From Tubiluchus corallicola (Eukaryota > Animalia > Priapulida), in the NCBI GenBank assembly GCA_030141605.1, contig JAQGDQ010000082.1, forward strand, positions 124,001 to 188,000: a DNA stretch of 64,000 nt. The letters run 5' to 3'. Under the pieces are notes generated by a model. That model saw nothing but the letters and a program-made list of their open reading frames with translations. It was not told the DNA's origin and made no database searches. Below, in pieces: positions 38,101-51,000 of the stretch (position 1 is its first letter; the number at the start of each line of letters is the position of its first letter). A program made the translations under genes and the position numbers.

Positions 38101-41100
38101 TGAATTTCTTGAGCAAGGCTCTAAGCACGGCATCTGTTACATCTAGGCTGGATACACACACAGTAGACGTTGTCCCATGCTGTGGGGTGAAAACAGCTGT
38201 CTGAAATAAAAAATAGTTGAAATGAATAGGTGTAACAGTATTAGTACCAGATTTCCGTACCATAATATAAGATGATGAAGTATGCAAAAAATATAAAAAT
38301 GCAATATTCTACAAGGTCACTGACAACTTTTTTGAATGCATTTGGTTCCTGCTCTTGGCTACAAATTTCATGGCGGCAAACAACAAATAATCAATTGGAG
38401 AATAATGATGAATAGCAGTTAATTCAACAGTTAACTCCACAATTGTTAACTCAACAATTTGCTAATTCGACATGAACACATTTTACAGCCTGCTTCGGCT
38501 GTCTTCAGTTCAAACCACTAAAAAGGTTTTTTTTTGTAAATTACCAATACATTAAAGGGAAACAGAGCAAAAGCTAAACAAATGCAGCTCTTATAATAAA
38601 GAATTTGTAAAAAAAAGTGAATTTACTATGCAACTGTCAACAGCAACCAGAATCCTCAAAAATAAAGCAGAAAGCCTATAACCATTGTATGCATTTTAAA
38701 TGTTACTTTCTGCACCATTTGTCATTACTAAATATACACTAATAGACTCAAAAGCCAAAAAAATTATTACTATCACACAAATTTCTATTTGCACTGTTAA
38801 CTACTTGTGTATTCTATTATACGTGTATTCATAAATTATATAGATCTATAAAATCCAAATGAATTCAGATTTGAAACACTATCTAATGTTACTAGCTATA
38901 TAAGAATACTTTAAAATGTTATACTAATTTCAACAAAAATATATAGATGGCTTAAAAAATACTAGTGTATGCAAAATAGCAAAATTACTCTTATGGATTA
39001 CTCTATACCTCTTGATTGTAGAAATGCCCATTTATAGAGAATCGTCTGCGTCGGCTAAGAAAGCGATGGCGACCCAGAGTTTTTGCTCTTCGCTGAACAA
39101 CTGGAGCTGCCTCTTTATTAGGTGAGAGTGGAGGGTGATCTATTATAAAAAACGACAGACCAAACTAAAAAAATTACTAAAAAATAGCAATAAATAGAAA
39201 GGGCAGTATCGTACAATATACAATTAATGTATGGATTCTGGAAATACATAAGAGTTGGAAACTTACAAATATTTGGTTAAACTAAATCAGAGCAGACTCC
39301 TATTAGGTGGGAAATGAAGTCGGATAAAAAATAAGGACACCAACAATGTAAAAAACATGTCTGTACACTTGACAATGCCTCGCAGCCCATGATATTGTAA
39401 TAGTAATAGTTTTAACATGTTCTAATAGCTAGCTAATACCTTACCTAGTTAATAATTTCTTCTTCCCAAACAGGATCCTGCTGGTAAATCACTATGCACA
39501 CAGACTAATGCATAATTAAAAAAAGTCCACGTAAAACAACTAATGTTACTTAACTAATGCAGAAGACGGTTTTGCTTTGCCCACACGTTACATGGCGGTT
39601 GTAGTTAAGACATATTGCTGTGGTACACTTAACCTTTTACCTACAGCAACTGTGCGTGCACACAACAAAACTGTGAAAAGATTATTAAACTAAATCAATC
39701 TAAGAAATAACACTAATTTATCACCAATGCACATGCGCCTTTTAGGATAAATCCTTGACCAACTTACCAGGTGAATTAGGCGGTACTGGCGGCAGAGGTG
39801 ATGCAACTTTTGTTGTGTCTTCTGTTGCACCTACTTCTTGTAAACTGTACCTTTTTGACTTCATCTTTGGCGAATGAAACCTTGGATAAATGGTTTGTGC
39901 TGACTCTAACTCTGTCACGGTTACGCCATCATTATTTGTACGAGTGTCCAGCACTACTGACCTTGTCTTTTCCACAAAAATAAAGTAAACCAAACTAAAA
40001 GATGCAGAACATTCACAAAATGTGGTACTAATAAACAGTGCCTACCATTTGTTTGAAATTAAGCAAAACTATGTCCAACATTATTTGTTATACGAATTTT
40101 ATGAAAAGTGTTAATACTGAAGTTTATTATACAGTGACCATGCTTGTTGTGGTCGGTGTTAACAGAGTGAACTTAAATACTGAAGTTTGTTATGCAGTGA
40201 TCACTGCTTGTTGTGCTCAGGGTTAAACAGAGTGAACTTAAATACTGAAGTTTGTTATACAATGATCACTGCTTGTTATGCTCAGGGTTAAGCAGAGTGA
40301 ACTTAAATACTGAAGTTTGTCATACAGTGACCACCGCTTGTTGTGGTCGGCATTAACAGAGTGAGCTTAAATACTGAAGTTTGTTATGCAGTGATCACTG
40401 CTTGTTGTGCTCAGGGTTAAACAGAGTGTTCTTAAATACTGAAGTTTGTTATACAGTGATCACCATTTGTTATGCTCAACGTTAACAGAGTGAGCTTAAA
40501 TACTGAAGTTTGTTATACAGTGATCACCATTTGTTATGCTCAACGTTAACAGAGTGAGCTTAAATACTGAAGTTTGTTATACAGTGATCACCACATGCTG
40601 TGTTTATCATTAGCGCAATGAGCTAAACCATTTTGTACACTCAAAGTTTTTCGTGTGTATACTAAAATCATTTTTAGTACATGCACTCTTACTGCTCACT
40701 TAAAACCATCTCAAGGCATTCAAATCAGAGCAGATATTTCATCAATTATGCAAACTTTTACATTCTAAGATGAAGAGTTCGTCAATAATCTGCTACGAGG
40801 AAAGGAAGTTAAAAAGTTTTGTGAGGCGCCACCATTTTTATATAAGTGGCATTCTGGCTTAGTTTTATCCTACTTATACATGTGTCTTTCAATAAAAAGC
40901 TTATTTAAAATATTTTTGTCCTGATAATCAACAACTATGGTACTGGTAGCAAAATTTAACATGTATAAGTTTGTGCAAAGATTGGAATTTACCAAGAACT
41001 CAAATTGTGTACAACATCAACTGCAAAATTTACCAAAGTGTATAACAACACAACATAATTATGCAACATGTACACAATCTTCTGTTTAATCTTCTCACTC

Positions 41101-44100
41101 ATGTAATCAGCTCAAATGGGTTTTCCCCAACTGAGCACACAAAGCAGTGCAGTTAAACGCAACATGATAGTCAACACCCTCACCTCATCCTGGTTAGAAG
41201 CTTCAGCTGAATTTTCCACGTTCTTATGTTCCTGCTATAAGTTACAAGAAAGAAAATAATTTAGTATGGAAGAAAGTTAGATTTAAGAAATAAAATAGCT
41301 TGAAAATAGGTTCGCCCACACAAGTTAGTGATTGGTTAGAAACCACACCAGTCTTTTTTGTGTTTTACATCATTTATACAGATATTAGCATCTATTTAAC
41401 ACAGATTAATTCTGTTAGTATGCATAGTTGGCTTTATATAAGGATATAATGGTTTTCCTCACATAATGACAGAATTACTAGTGTTTACTCGGGTTTCCTT
41501 TCCCTTACACCAGCGGTTGGACACTGCTAACGCAGCAGTCAATGACTTACTAGTAGGGAAAACGGTTTACAATTCTCCACATAATTTAAATACCCTAATG
41601 CTAACCATAAAACTACAGCCCTAACTGTAATCCATTTCACAAACTAATTTCTTATGTGTGGGGAATTGTAAACTTTAGCCCTATTAAGTACCTACTGCAC
41701 AAATGTACTGCAGAAGAAAGCATTTAAAGTTTAAATTCTGCAATAATGGATACCGCATTACAAATGTCTGCATTTTACTCTTGGAACCAGGTAGAAATAT
41801 GAGGCTTGGGTATTAAACAATGAGGGTTATTACTCAGGTACCAAATGCAAACACTAATAATTACTGGACAAAATTTCATTATTTGTTAATCAAATGAGGC
41901 ACCTGGATATAACGTCAAATAACTGATCATGAAATATTTTTAATTCCACAAAAAATGGAAAGTAAAAACTGCACTTGGTCATTTCAGGTGTTTTTTGTGA
42001 GACACACCAGGCTACACAACATATGTGAGGTGGTGCACAACATGATTTGAAAGACTTTCCCTGAGGTACACTAGTAGACCGTTTCCTTACAGGTACAGTA
42101 TCTTGCACAGTGATCATTTTTCGGAAAGGATCCTCGTAACTGTTGCGGAACTTTGAGGAAACGGACTCCAGAAAAAATTCTGCAACTACATTGGCAGAAA
42201 AATTATGTTCACGGTCAGAAGAAAAAAAGAAATGGAATGGGTCTAAAATTTCATTCAAAATTCCCTGGACGAGTACATGGGCAATTGTGTGATTTTCCAC
42301 TGGGAAATCAAAAACATCTGTAAAGGCTTTTGAAAAAACTAAGCCGCTGCTGCAGAGTGACTCAACACACAACTTGAAATGTTTGCAGCATCGCATATTA
42401 CTAATAAAAGAGGGTTTGATTTAATGGCCATTATCACTAATATCATTATAAAGTATATTTAATTTTGTGCAAAATGTTACTGCAGAGGGTTATAATAAAA
42501 AATGAACTTGTTAGTTTGGACAATTCTAAAGAAAAACCAAACCTGCTTCACTCGATCAATATAGCTGCCATTTTGATCATCATTATTTGTTTGATCATTG
42601 AGATCATCGATCATGCCTTCCGAATCAGATTCCAGACGATTTCCTTTCCGAAACTGAGTGGGGGGCACATTGTCTTTCTCCCGCAAAAAAATGAGGCGCC
42701 TTACGCCCCAATAAATTTTTAAAACGCCGTCAACAATAAGTCGACCATTGCGCTGAAAAAGTGATAACAAGAATTCTTCATGAAAAGCAATCACAAATAC
42801 AGTGGAATTGCTTATAAGATTCATGGATAATAAATCCAGCTACTTTTTCTGGCCACTATGACTGCAACAGAACAGCAATAATACATTAATCTAGTAAAAT
42901 CTGGCATTAAATCCATTACCTTTAACCTACTGAATCCAAGCCTTGCTTAATAAATCCACAAGGCACACTTTGAAAGCACAAAATTGGGACGTAAGGCCAC
43001 ACAACTGTCCCACATTTTAACTTTGGCTAGGTTAGCATCTTTATTTAAGCATTTTTTACATCTTTGCATTTTTCCACTTAATGTTCAAACAGGTCAGTAG
43101 GAAATCTGCTATCTGTGACACAAGACACACAAGTAAATTTTTTTTAGGGTAACTTACAAGATGTAGATGCAGTGAATGTTTTACACTGTAGGCAACAAAG
43201 AAAGCGGCAACATAGTGGATGGCCCAATTAGGCATTGAAAAAATACGGCAACAGTGTCACATAAAAACATGAAACAAAGGTACAGAAAAAAGGTCATGTA
43301 AGGAAACCATAAGTGAAAATTTCCCCAATGTACAAGATGATTTTTTGACTTGTGAATTCAACTTTTGAATCGATGCTCTATGAACAATGTTTTCCTTACC
43401 TCTCGACAAGCTAGCTGCCTGCTTTTATTGTCAAAATAAGCATTATACGCTTTTATCTTTGACAGCAAATCTTCCCTGTAAAAGAGAGTATATAATTTTT
43501 ACAAAATAAAAAAAATTATAACACAGAACCACTTTAAATACAAAAACAGAAATTAATTTTAGCAAGTATAGCAGAAAATTGATAGATAAGTAGTCAAGAC
43601 ACTATGAAATTATTATAAAAATTAAATTACATTGAATTTTAATTAATGTTGCGTACCTTTTGATCTGCATCATTGGATAGCGGTCCTTTGGTCCATAACT
43701 GGCAAAGGCTTCAACCTGGAAACCATAGCCGAGAGCTGTTGGACCAAACAGAGCTGCATAGCATGGCTGATGACAGTAAGGCATGCCTTTGTGCTGGGCA
43801 AAATAAAAATTACTCGATTACGAGAAGTTGTCATTATAAATATCGATAAAATAATGATCAGCAGTTGCAATAAACTGTTAATGAGTCATGACTGTACTTT
43901 GCTACAGTCAGAAACTGCAGACTTTTAAATTGTTAGATGGCACAATATACAATTCATTCTAGCTAATTATGATAGCACATTTCACAGCTACAAACTTGCC
44001 TATTGCAACCAGTAGTTAATCATTATATCTCTATCAATTAACTATCAGTACCAAAGCATTCTAATTAATAGTGAAAGCTCAAGAACTTGTCGTAAGTATA

Positions 44101-45797
44101 AGTTATCCTCATGCCACAAACACCTAGCTAGATCATCTAAATGGAATTGTTTCAATTAGAAGGCATCGTATAAATATTTAGCAATCTTACTCAAATATAT
44201 AGTTAAGCAATACACCATGTATAACAGTACCTATTCTTATGCAATACATTTAAAACCAGAGTAGCTCTAATATACAAATTTCCCTAATTTCAGTTCTGAA
44301 GAAAATTACGAATGTACCATTTCATCTTCTTAGCTACTGATAAAACTTCGTTTCTTTCAGAAAGAGATTTGATTTCATTTACTGCACAATAAATTTGTTG
44401 TTTTGTTGCTCAACAGGCATAACATAAAAATATTCACATAACATTTTGTTAGAAATTGAGAAGCAAAGTACAATATTAGCATATAATTTCCAGCAAAGAA
44501 CTTAAAACATAAATCCACTTTACATAGCAAAGGTTGTCTGAAACTAGTGACATGATAATATAAAATCATACGATGTTTTAAACTTCAGTAAACTATTTTA
44601 CCTCGGCATGTTGGCCAGGATTTAACTGTTTGCCGCACTCCTCACATCTTAAGCAAGCTGGATGCCAATCATAACCCAGCGAGGTCTTTCTTTCGGCTAC
44701 AATGATTATGAAAACAGACATGTTACATGTTTATCATATTAATCTAGCAAACACTGAAGAATGTATGTAAGATATTTATTCACAAATAGTCAATCTATAT
44801 GTATGTGCCACCTGGGGTCCTAACCTCATGGCTTTTATATCCTCAAAGTGTGTATTATCCTCCAGCAGAACATGTACAAACCAAAAGACCTCAGCTAACT
44901 CATGTTAAACATGACTTTAGGGCCATGCACATATAACAGTATCAAGTTTTAGGCCGATTTTGAGGACTTATCTACCTTGCATTATAACAGTGTTATGTGG
45001 ATGACCCCTTGCATTGATTATTCCTACCACAAATCTGTATACACATCCTACTCAAGACTGACAATAGACCGATTAAATTAATCTTGCAATGAATTGCTGA
45101 CTGTACATTCTAGGAATTATAAGTTGCTTCTACACCAACAGAATTCATTGACTACAAATTAATGTAGCCGTACCTTCCGAATACTACTTACCGTAAAACA
45201 AAATTTAAAGTTAAATTTTAAACAGGAATTGAATTGAAGTGACTTAAATGAAGTTTATTTTTTCTCCAATGTACAAATGTACAGTAACCACTTCCAGTCT
45301 GTAGGGGTGCAATAGTTGAATACTATACAGGTAAATAGGGCCTAATTGCTAGTAATAAGTAAAAAGGAGAGAGGATAGCAAGCCGACCAAAAGGTCATCA
45401 AGTCAGCCATCATTTTAAAATGTTAAAATTAAATTATCACAGGCGGCACTAGTGAGTAATGCGGTACAGACAATAAATTAACTTAACCAGCTTGATTTCT
45501 TTAATTAGTAGTTTCTAAACAAAAATTGAGGCAATTAACACATGATTTTATGTATATTTGCAATTAGGTTGATAAATGAATGTTTCATTTAACAATTTTA
45601 TAATTCATGTTACAGTGACAGAAAAAAGCACTAAGTACAGCTTAAGCAATGATATGCAATCGATATGTGAACAAAAGTGTAAATCACTAGCCACAATGCT
45701 GCAAATGGCCTAAAGATCATATATGGATAGCTTGTAAAGTAGTTCACAATGTCTTACCAAAATACACCGGTTTCTTACACTTATGGCACTCGGACAT
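35114..45797 (-). CDS. Rassf: RASSF2/4/6-type Ras-association protein with N-terminal CRIP-like LIM, RA and SARAH domains (~464 aa, 12 coding exons)
   Basis: Phase-consistent GT-AG exons: 45797-45758, 44696-44602, 43793-43657, 43475-43400, 42752-42543, 41234(or 41231)-41184, 39966-39768, 39139-39009, 38200-38047, 36740-36619, 36135-36038, 35195-35114. LIM: [53 protein letters not shown]. Also [24 protein letters not shown] ([30 protein letters not shown]) and SARAH ([23 protein letters not shown]). Confidence 0.93.
35625..35708 (+). mobile_element. Helentron/HINE-like non-autonomous element 3' end
   Basis: gacagacagacaa microsatellite followed by cataacctccttggcaggggtaat, a terminal hairpin-type end. 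Family assignment is by motif recognition only. Confidence 0.4.
40107..40620. repeat. Intronic minisatellite, ~64-65 bp unit, ~8 copies
   Basis: Repeating aatactgaagtttgttatacagtgatcactgcttgttgtgctcagggttaaacagagtgaactta. Confidence 0.95.
41565..41680. mobile_element. Short dispersed element, copy 1 (inverted ends, ccctaa-like core)
   Basis: gtttacaattc...gaattgtaaac inverted repeat. A homologous copy lies at 50921-51040. Confidence 0.7.
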
Positions 45798-47336
45798 TTT
45801 TATCCTGTTTGCATGCTTCTTTGAGTTTCGTCGTGTTGTTTCCTGTAGATTTGTTTTACTGACTTTATTTTCTGTTAACTGTAAACAAGTTGTACAAGCA
45901 GCAGGACATCAACAGAAAGGTCCAAGTACAAGTTTCCATCTCATGCTGTCACATGCCACCACAAATGCCAATACTAAATCCAGTGCCAAAAAGCCTGAAA
46001 AATGTAGGAAATGATTGTGATTTAAGTATGATAAAGTTTCTGAAAAGTAGTCAATAGACTCAATTTCCATCATTTCTATGGCTTAAGCTCTTGCCTGTTG
46101 TTTAACCAAAAATAAGACCGTACAGAATAAAGTGTGGAAAAATGTACAAGATGTATAAATACTTAGTACATACAAGAAGGCCAAATTTTATGCAAAATGA
46201 ATTAGGAAACAGTAATCAGCATAGCCTACCTTGTGAAGCAGCAAGGGATGAAACAATAACATTTGTATGTTTATTCCAAACAGAAAATTATATCAAAATT
46301 AAGCTGGTTACAGAAAAGACAATTGCCATTTAGGTTTTCATTAATTTCACTATCTTTTTATACAGTTTGACACTTTGCAAGCTGCAGTTCAGCAATCATT
46401 GGCATAGCCTGCTCAGTGTGAATGGTTATGGCAGGACTGGAAACTGGCTCATTATCAAAGCTAATCCTCTAAGATGAGAAACTCAACCAGCCACATTCGA
46501 ATGTGAATACATCTTTTCTACATGAGATAAATAGCCAGAATCAGTATCGAATATTTCTGACATTCATCATTCATTTACTCATCAGTCTCAGCATTGCTCA
46601 CTAAGTACTCACAACAACCAATCAGCTATTTTCCAAAGCCTCTCACCCATTTAACCATAATGCGAAAATAGTCAGAAACCTTCACTCACTATGCATGAAA
46701 CAGCTTTTCTTTTTTATTTCGTTCTGTTTCTATTAACTTATTTGACTAGTTGTTTGCTTTAATTACAGAAATCAACAATAAGCAACTAAAAATTTAAAAT
46801 AAAAATGTTACCAGACATTTTAATCTTTTGTTAAACACAGCTTCAGAATTTCATTTGTCAAAGTGCACAAAAATGCAAATGAATGATAACTTTTAAGACG
46901 TGACTATCAATTTAATTTTAATTTGTTGAACTGTTATACATACACTTCAATTCACGCCTAGTGAATCACACTGAATGACTCATAACTTCTTTATGGGTTC
47001 TGAAAGCACTAAATAAATAAACTAGTTCAAATGTCGCACTGTAAAATTAATACGTAGTAAGTACGTATTAAAGGCATACAATTACAATTCATGTTTTAAT
47101 TTAATTTGGAAACGTCGCATTACTTAGCAAGCGAAATTTCAACTTTCAGCAGCTCGACATACTTAAAGGCCTAAGTACCAGGTGCTGGCATGCTGCGGGC
47201 AGACCCTAATGAAAATAAAACCAAAAAAATGAACAATGCAAAAATTCTAATTCTAACCGCTTCATAAAAATTGCTCGTCCAGTATCTAATAACCAAAAAT
47301 AACAATCAGAAATTACAAACCTAATTTTAGGATTAC

Positions 47337-47470
47337 CGTCTTACTACAATATGGTATATCTTTGGCAGTCTGTGACGCTGCAGCTCATACACATTTTGTG
47401 AGTTCTTTTTTTTTCTACGACTGCGTCTTCTAGTTCGAGCGCTGTAGTTTAGACTGACGCTGCCGTGACG
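47337..47470 (-). promoter_or_regulatory. Candidate RASSF non-coding first exon/promoter
   Basis: CpG-richer island ending in a donor g|gtaatc near 47336. The ATG exon has an upstream acceptor ttttcag at 45996-45995, which implies an earlier 5'UTR exon. Confidence 0.4.
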
Positions 47471-48041
47471 CACTGGCATCATAATAAATGCAAAGAAATC
47501 AAAGCTGGTTTTTTAAACAACATATTGACTACAACAGTAGCAATGGAAATAAGAACAGGAACAACAACGGCAACAATAACAAGAATTATTATGACAATTT
47601 ATGGCTAAGTGGGTAAACAAACGCTGCTTGCATACGAATGTCATGTAATGGCCTGAGGTTGTATACAATCTCGGTGTGCAAAAGGGTGTAGAATCTAGAT
47701 TGGCTAGCTGCAAAAGCCGAATTACGTTAACTTCAAACTAAGCAGCTGTTTCAAAAGTTCAAGAATATAATCACCACTCAAAAAAGCAAAAAAACCGCTT
47801 AAAATTAAAACTAACAGGTACAAATTTATTTGACATAAAACAAAATTAATTTATCAAAAAATAAACTATTACAAAACAGAAACAATGTAGTCTGAAATGA
47901 ATTTTTAAAACAATTCTTATTCCATAAATGCACTAGGTTGAGAAGTTTACAGCAAGTATGTGACTGTACAATAACTTATATTGTACAGTGGTACATTGTC
48001 AGAGACTCAGGAATGAAGGTTCTTCAAATATTTCTGTCAGT

Positions 48042-51000
48042 TCAAGTTACCAGAGCAAGTAATATCCGTTTGTATTCACCAGATGTATCATCCTGAAAAT
48101 TAATAATTTAAATCATAAAATCTAAATTGATAAATTTTAGCTTTCTACAGTTAAAGGAAAAGGGCAACACTTTTTATACAGCATTCTTATCAAAGATATT
48201 GTAAAGCTCTACTTAAGCTTTGGTAAGCATCACTTTGATGATTAACTAAAAAAATCTAGTCTATATTGCTTTAATTTCTTTAAATGACAAAAATGAAATA
48301 AATAAAAAAGTGCAAATAGGAGAAAATTAAAAGAACAAATAGAAGAAAGAAGAAATCGAAAGAAGTAATGCATGGCAAGCAAAGGCAAAACATGGAAATT
48401 TGAAACAGGGTTATAAGCTAAGTAGTCTTTTAGTATGTTTTGCGTGCATGCTCATGCCACTTGAGTTCGATACTCGCTCTGGCCAGTTTTATTCATCATA
48501 TCGATTGCAAATGTTTATCCATCCATACAAGATATACATCCAAATGTGACACCTGCCGCTTCAGTGACTCATCTTAGAGGATTTGTTTTTTATAGTAGGC
48601 CAGTCTCCATCATAGCCAAACATCAAAACTCAGATGGCTCTCCTTTGAATGTTGGATTCAGGCCTACAGTGTGTGCTAAAGACTACAAAAAAGAAGACAC
48701 AAAGCCATATCATTTGTAATGCGTTACTCATAAAGTCATCGTAGTCTCGTCATAAAATTTCAACAGTTATATTCAGACTTTGAAATAGAAATGCTGCACA
48801 TAAAAGAAAGTGAAGCACCTAACTGCTGAAAAACAAGAACAAAATGAATTCAAGATCTTTTGAACTTTGTGTCAGTAGCATTGTAAACAATGTTTCTAAC
48901 AAATACCAACAAAATATCTTCACTAAACAAACGCTGAACCTGTGAGCATTGTGACTCCAAGATACTTTAGCCAAGTTTTTTCAAGCCCACAAATCAAAAC
49001 TAAAAATAACATCAACAAAAAGAAAAACAATTACCTTGATAAAAGACTCTAGTGTCTTTCCATATTTTTTCTGGAAAACTTTCTTAATCTGTACCATGTC
49101 CTTTTCGCAGCGGGTTACAACAACCCGTATGAGTTGCCGATCGTTGGTGCCTGCACCTTTCATAGATTTGTATAACTTCTTGGCAAAATAATCAGCCTTA
49201 TTGTGGACACAGTTAACTAAAAAAACAAATTATCACCAATCAGTGTGAAAGTAAAAGAAAAAACTTGGTGAAATTAACAACAAGCAATTAATTAGACCCT
49301 TCTGTGCAATTAGAACTTGTTATCATACAAACACAAATATAAAGATGACACTTGAAAACAGTACACCCATAGCCCTATGCCCTAGCTCGTAGCACTCAAA
49401 ACTGGTGTCCTGCAAACACTTACTCAAGTCCTCATTTCAAGACAGCAATAAAATCCCTAATAATACAAACAGTTTCAACTACGAAACAAATATTAGTATT
49501 TGTCACTTGTACATTTCCATATTTGAGACTTGAAGTAAAATAAGATTACTTATAGCAAGCATCCCCTTCTTTAGATCATCAGACATCTCGCTGATGACTG
49601 CTTTTTCAATTGTGTCTCCTGTTAATTGTTGATACTCCTTAAACACCTGTAAGAATTAAAAACATTTTTGAAAGTCTAACAGGCCGTGTCATTTCAAGAA
49701 TCCTGGCAGTCACACAATTAAAAAAATAAAGCTCTCATCAAAAATCTGTGGCAACTGGCCATATTTATGCAATAATAAATAAATGAACAAGTACTCGATT
49801 ACGATAACAAACTAAGCTAATAACATTTTCAGTGTATTGCTAAACTATGGTTCTAGTAGCAAATTAAGACCTCGTCATACATCTTTATTGGCAAAAGTAA
49901 AACATCAGTCATTTTAAAAAATGCTCTCACAACTAGCATTCAAACAATGTGACATGACAGTTCTGTGTACATTACATGGCCACACGTAAATTTAGAAACG
50001 TAAAGAGAAAATTGCTAACAAGTGTACATAGGATAATTTAATTTTTTTCATATTTTTTTATTAAAACAACGTGTCAACTGTTAATTGGCAATTAACCCCT
50101 AGGGAACAGTTGAAAAGTGTGCTTTAATTAAAAGAAGTATAAAAACCGTTCTTGTTGTAGGGTATTTGTAATAACTGTATTTTTTTGCAATTAAAGAATT
50201 TTTAGACTCTGTGCACTTAAAATGTTCTTACAATACTGCAAACCATTTTTTTAAATGTGACAATTCTGTTTTGAGAATGTTCTTAGATCCTTAAATGGAA
50301 TGCTGCCAAAACGATCTGGAAGCTGTCCGGATAGTGTTCTGGTAGTTAAGTCAGAGCGTTGAACTGACACAAAATACAAATGCTGTTCTAAAAACATGAT
50401 TAGAACATTCCACTATTTGATGAGAAGACATAAAATTTATACAATTTCACAGTCATAATCACACATACCTGCCGCAACTGAGGAAAGCTTTGTGCTGCAA
50501 GTATCGAGTTGAACTTCGATTCATCGGTACCCAATTTCTTTTTGCCTGCCTTGTGCAGCGCTTGCGCATCGGCCTGAGCTTTAGCCATATCAACCGTTAG
50601 ACTTTCGTCCCGCCCACCCTGTAAAACATACTTACGTCTTCAAATCAAACAAGCCATTTCTTACCACAAGTTTTCAACGTATACGATAACTCAAATTCAT
50701 TATTCGGTCTTAATAATAAGGAGGTCCAACTTAGTTAAAACAAAATTGCAGAAAGCGAAAGTTGTGTATATAATTCATAGTTTTAGGGACGAAGTGAAAT
50801 ATATAAATGTAGTTCACACATGCTATGGACATGTCACTCGATCACACATTCCTGGAAATGTCTATCTAGAATCTGTGACTTTACCTGCTTAGAAAACATT
50901 TACTTCAAAGACCGGAAGGAGTTTACAATTCCACACACAATTTAAATACGCTAACCCCAACTCTAACCCTAATTCTAACTCTAATCCTAATGTGCTTCAC

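Noticed and set aside
38470-38515. Second hammerhead-like motif (CTGAAGA-CAGCC..GGCTG-TAAAA, minus)
   Set aside because: The GAAA box is disrupted and there is no convincing helix III or cleavage triplet.
40107-40620. Regularly spaced repeats resembling a CRISPR array
   Set aside because: The whole ~65-bp unit repeats with no unique spacers. It lies in a eukaryotic intron with no cas genes.
48020-48044. Readthrough at the annexin TGA
   Set aside because: The context is TGA-A and another TGA follows after five codons.
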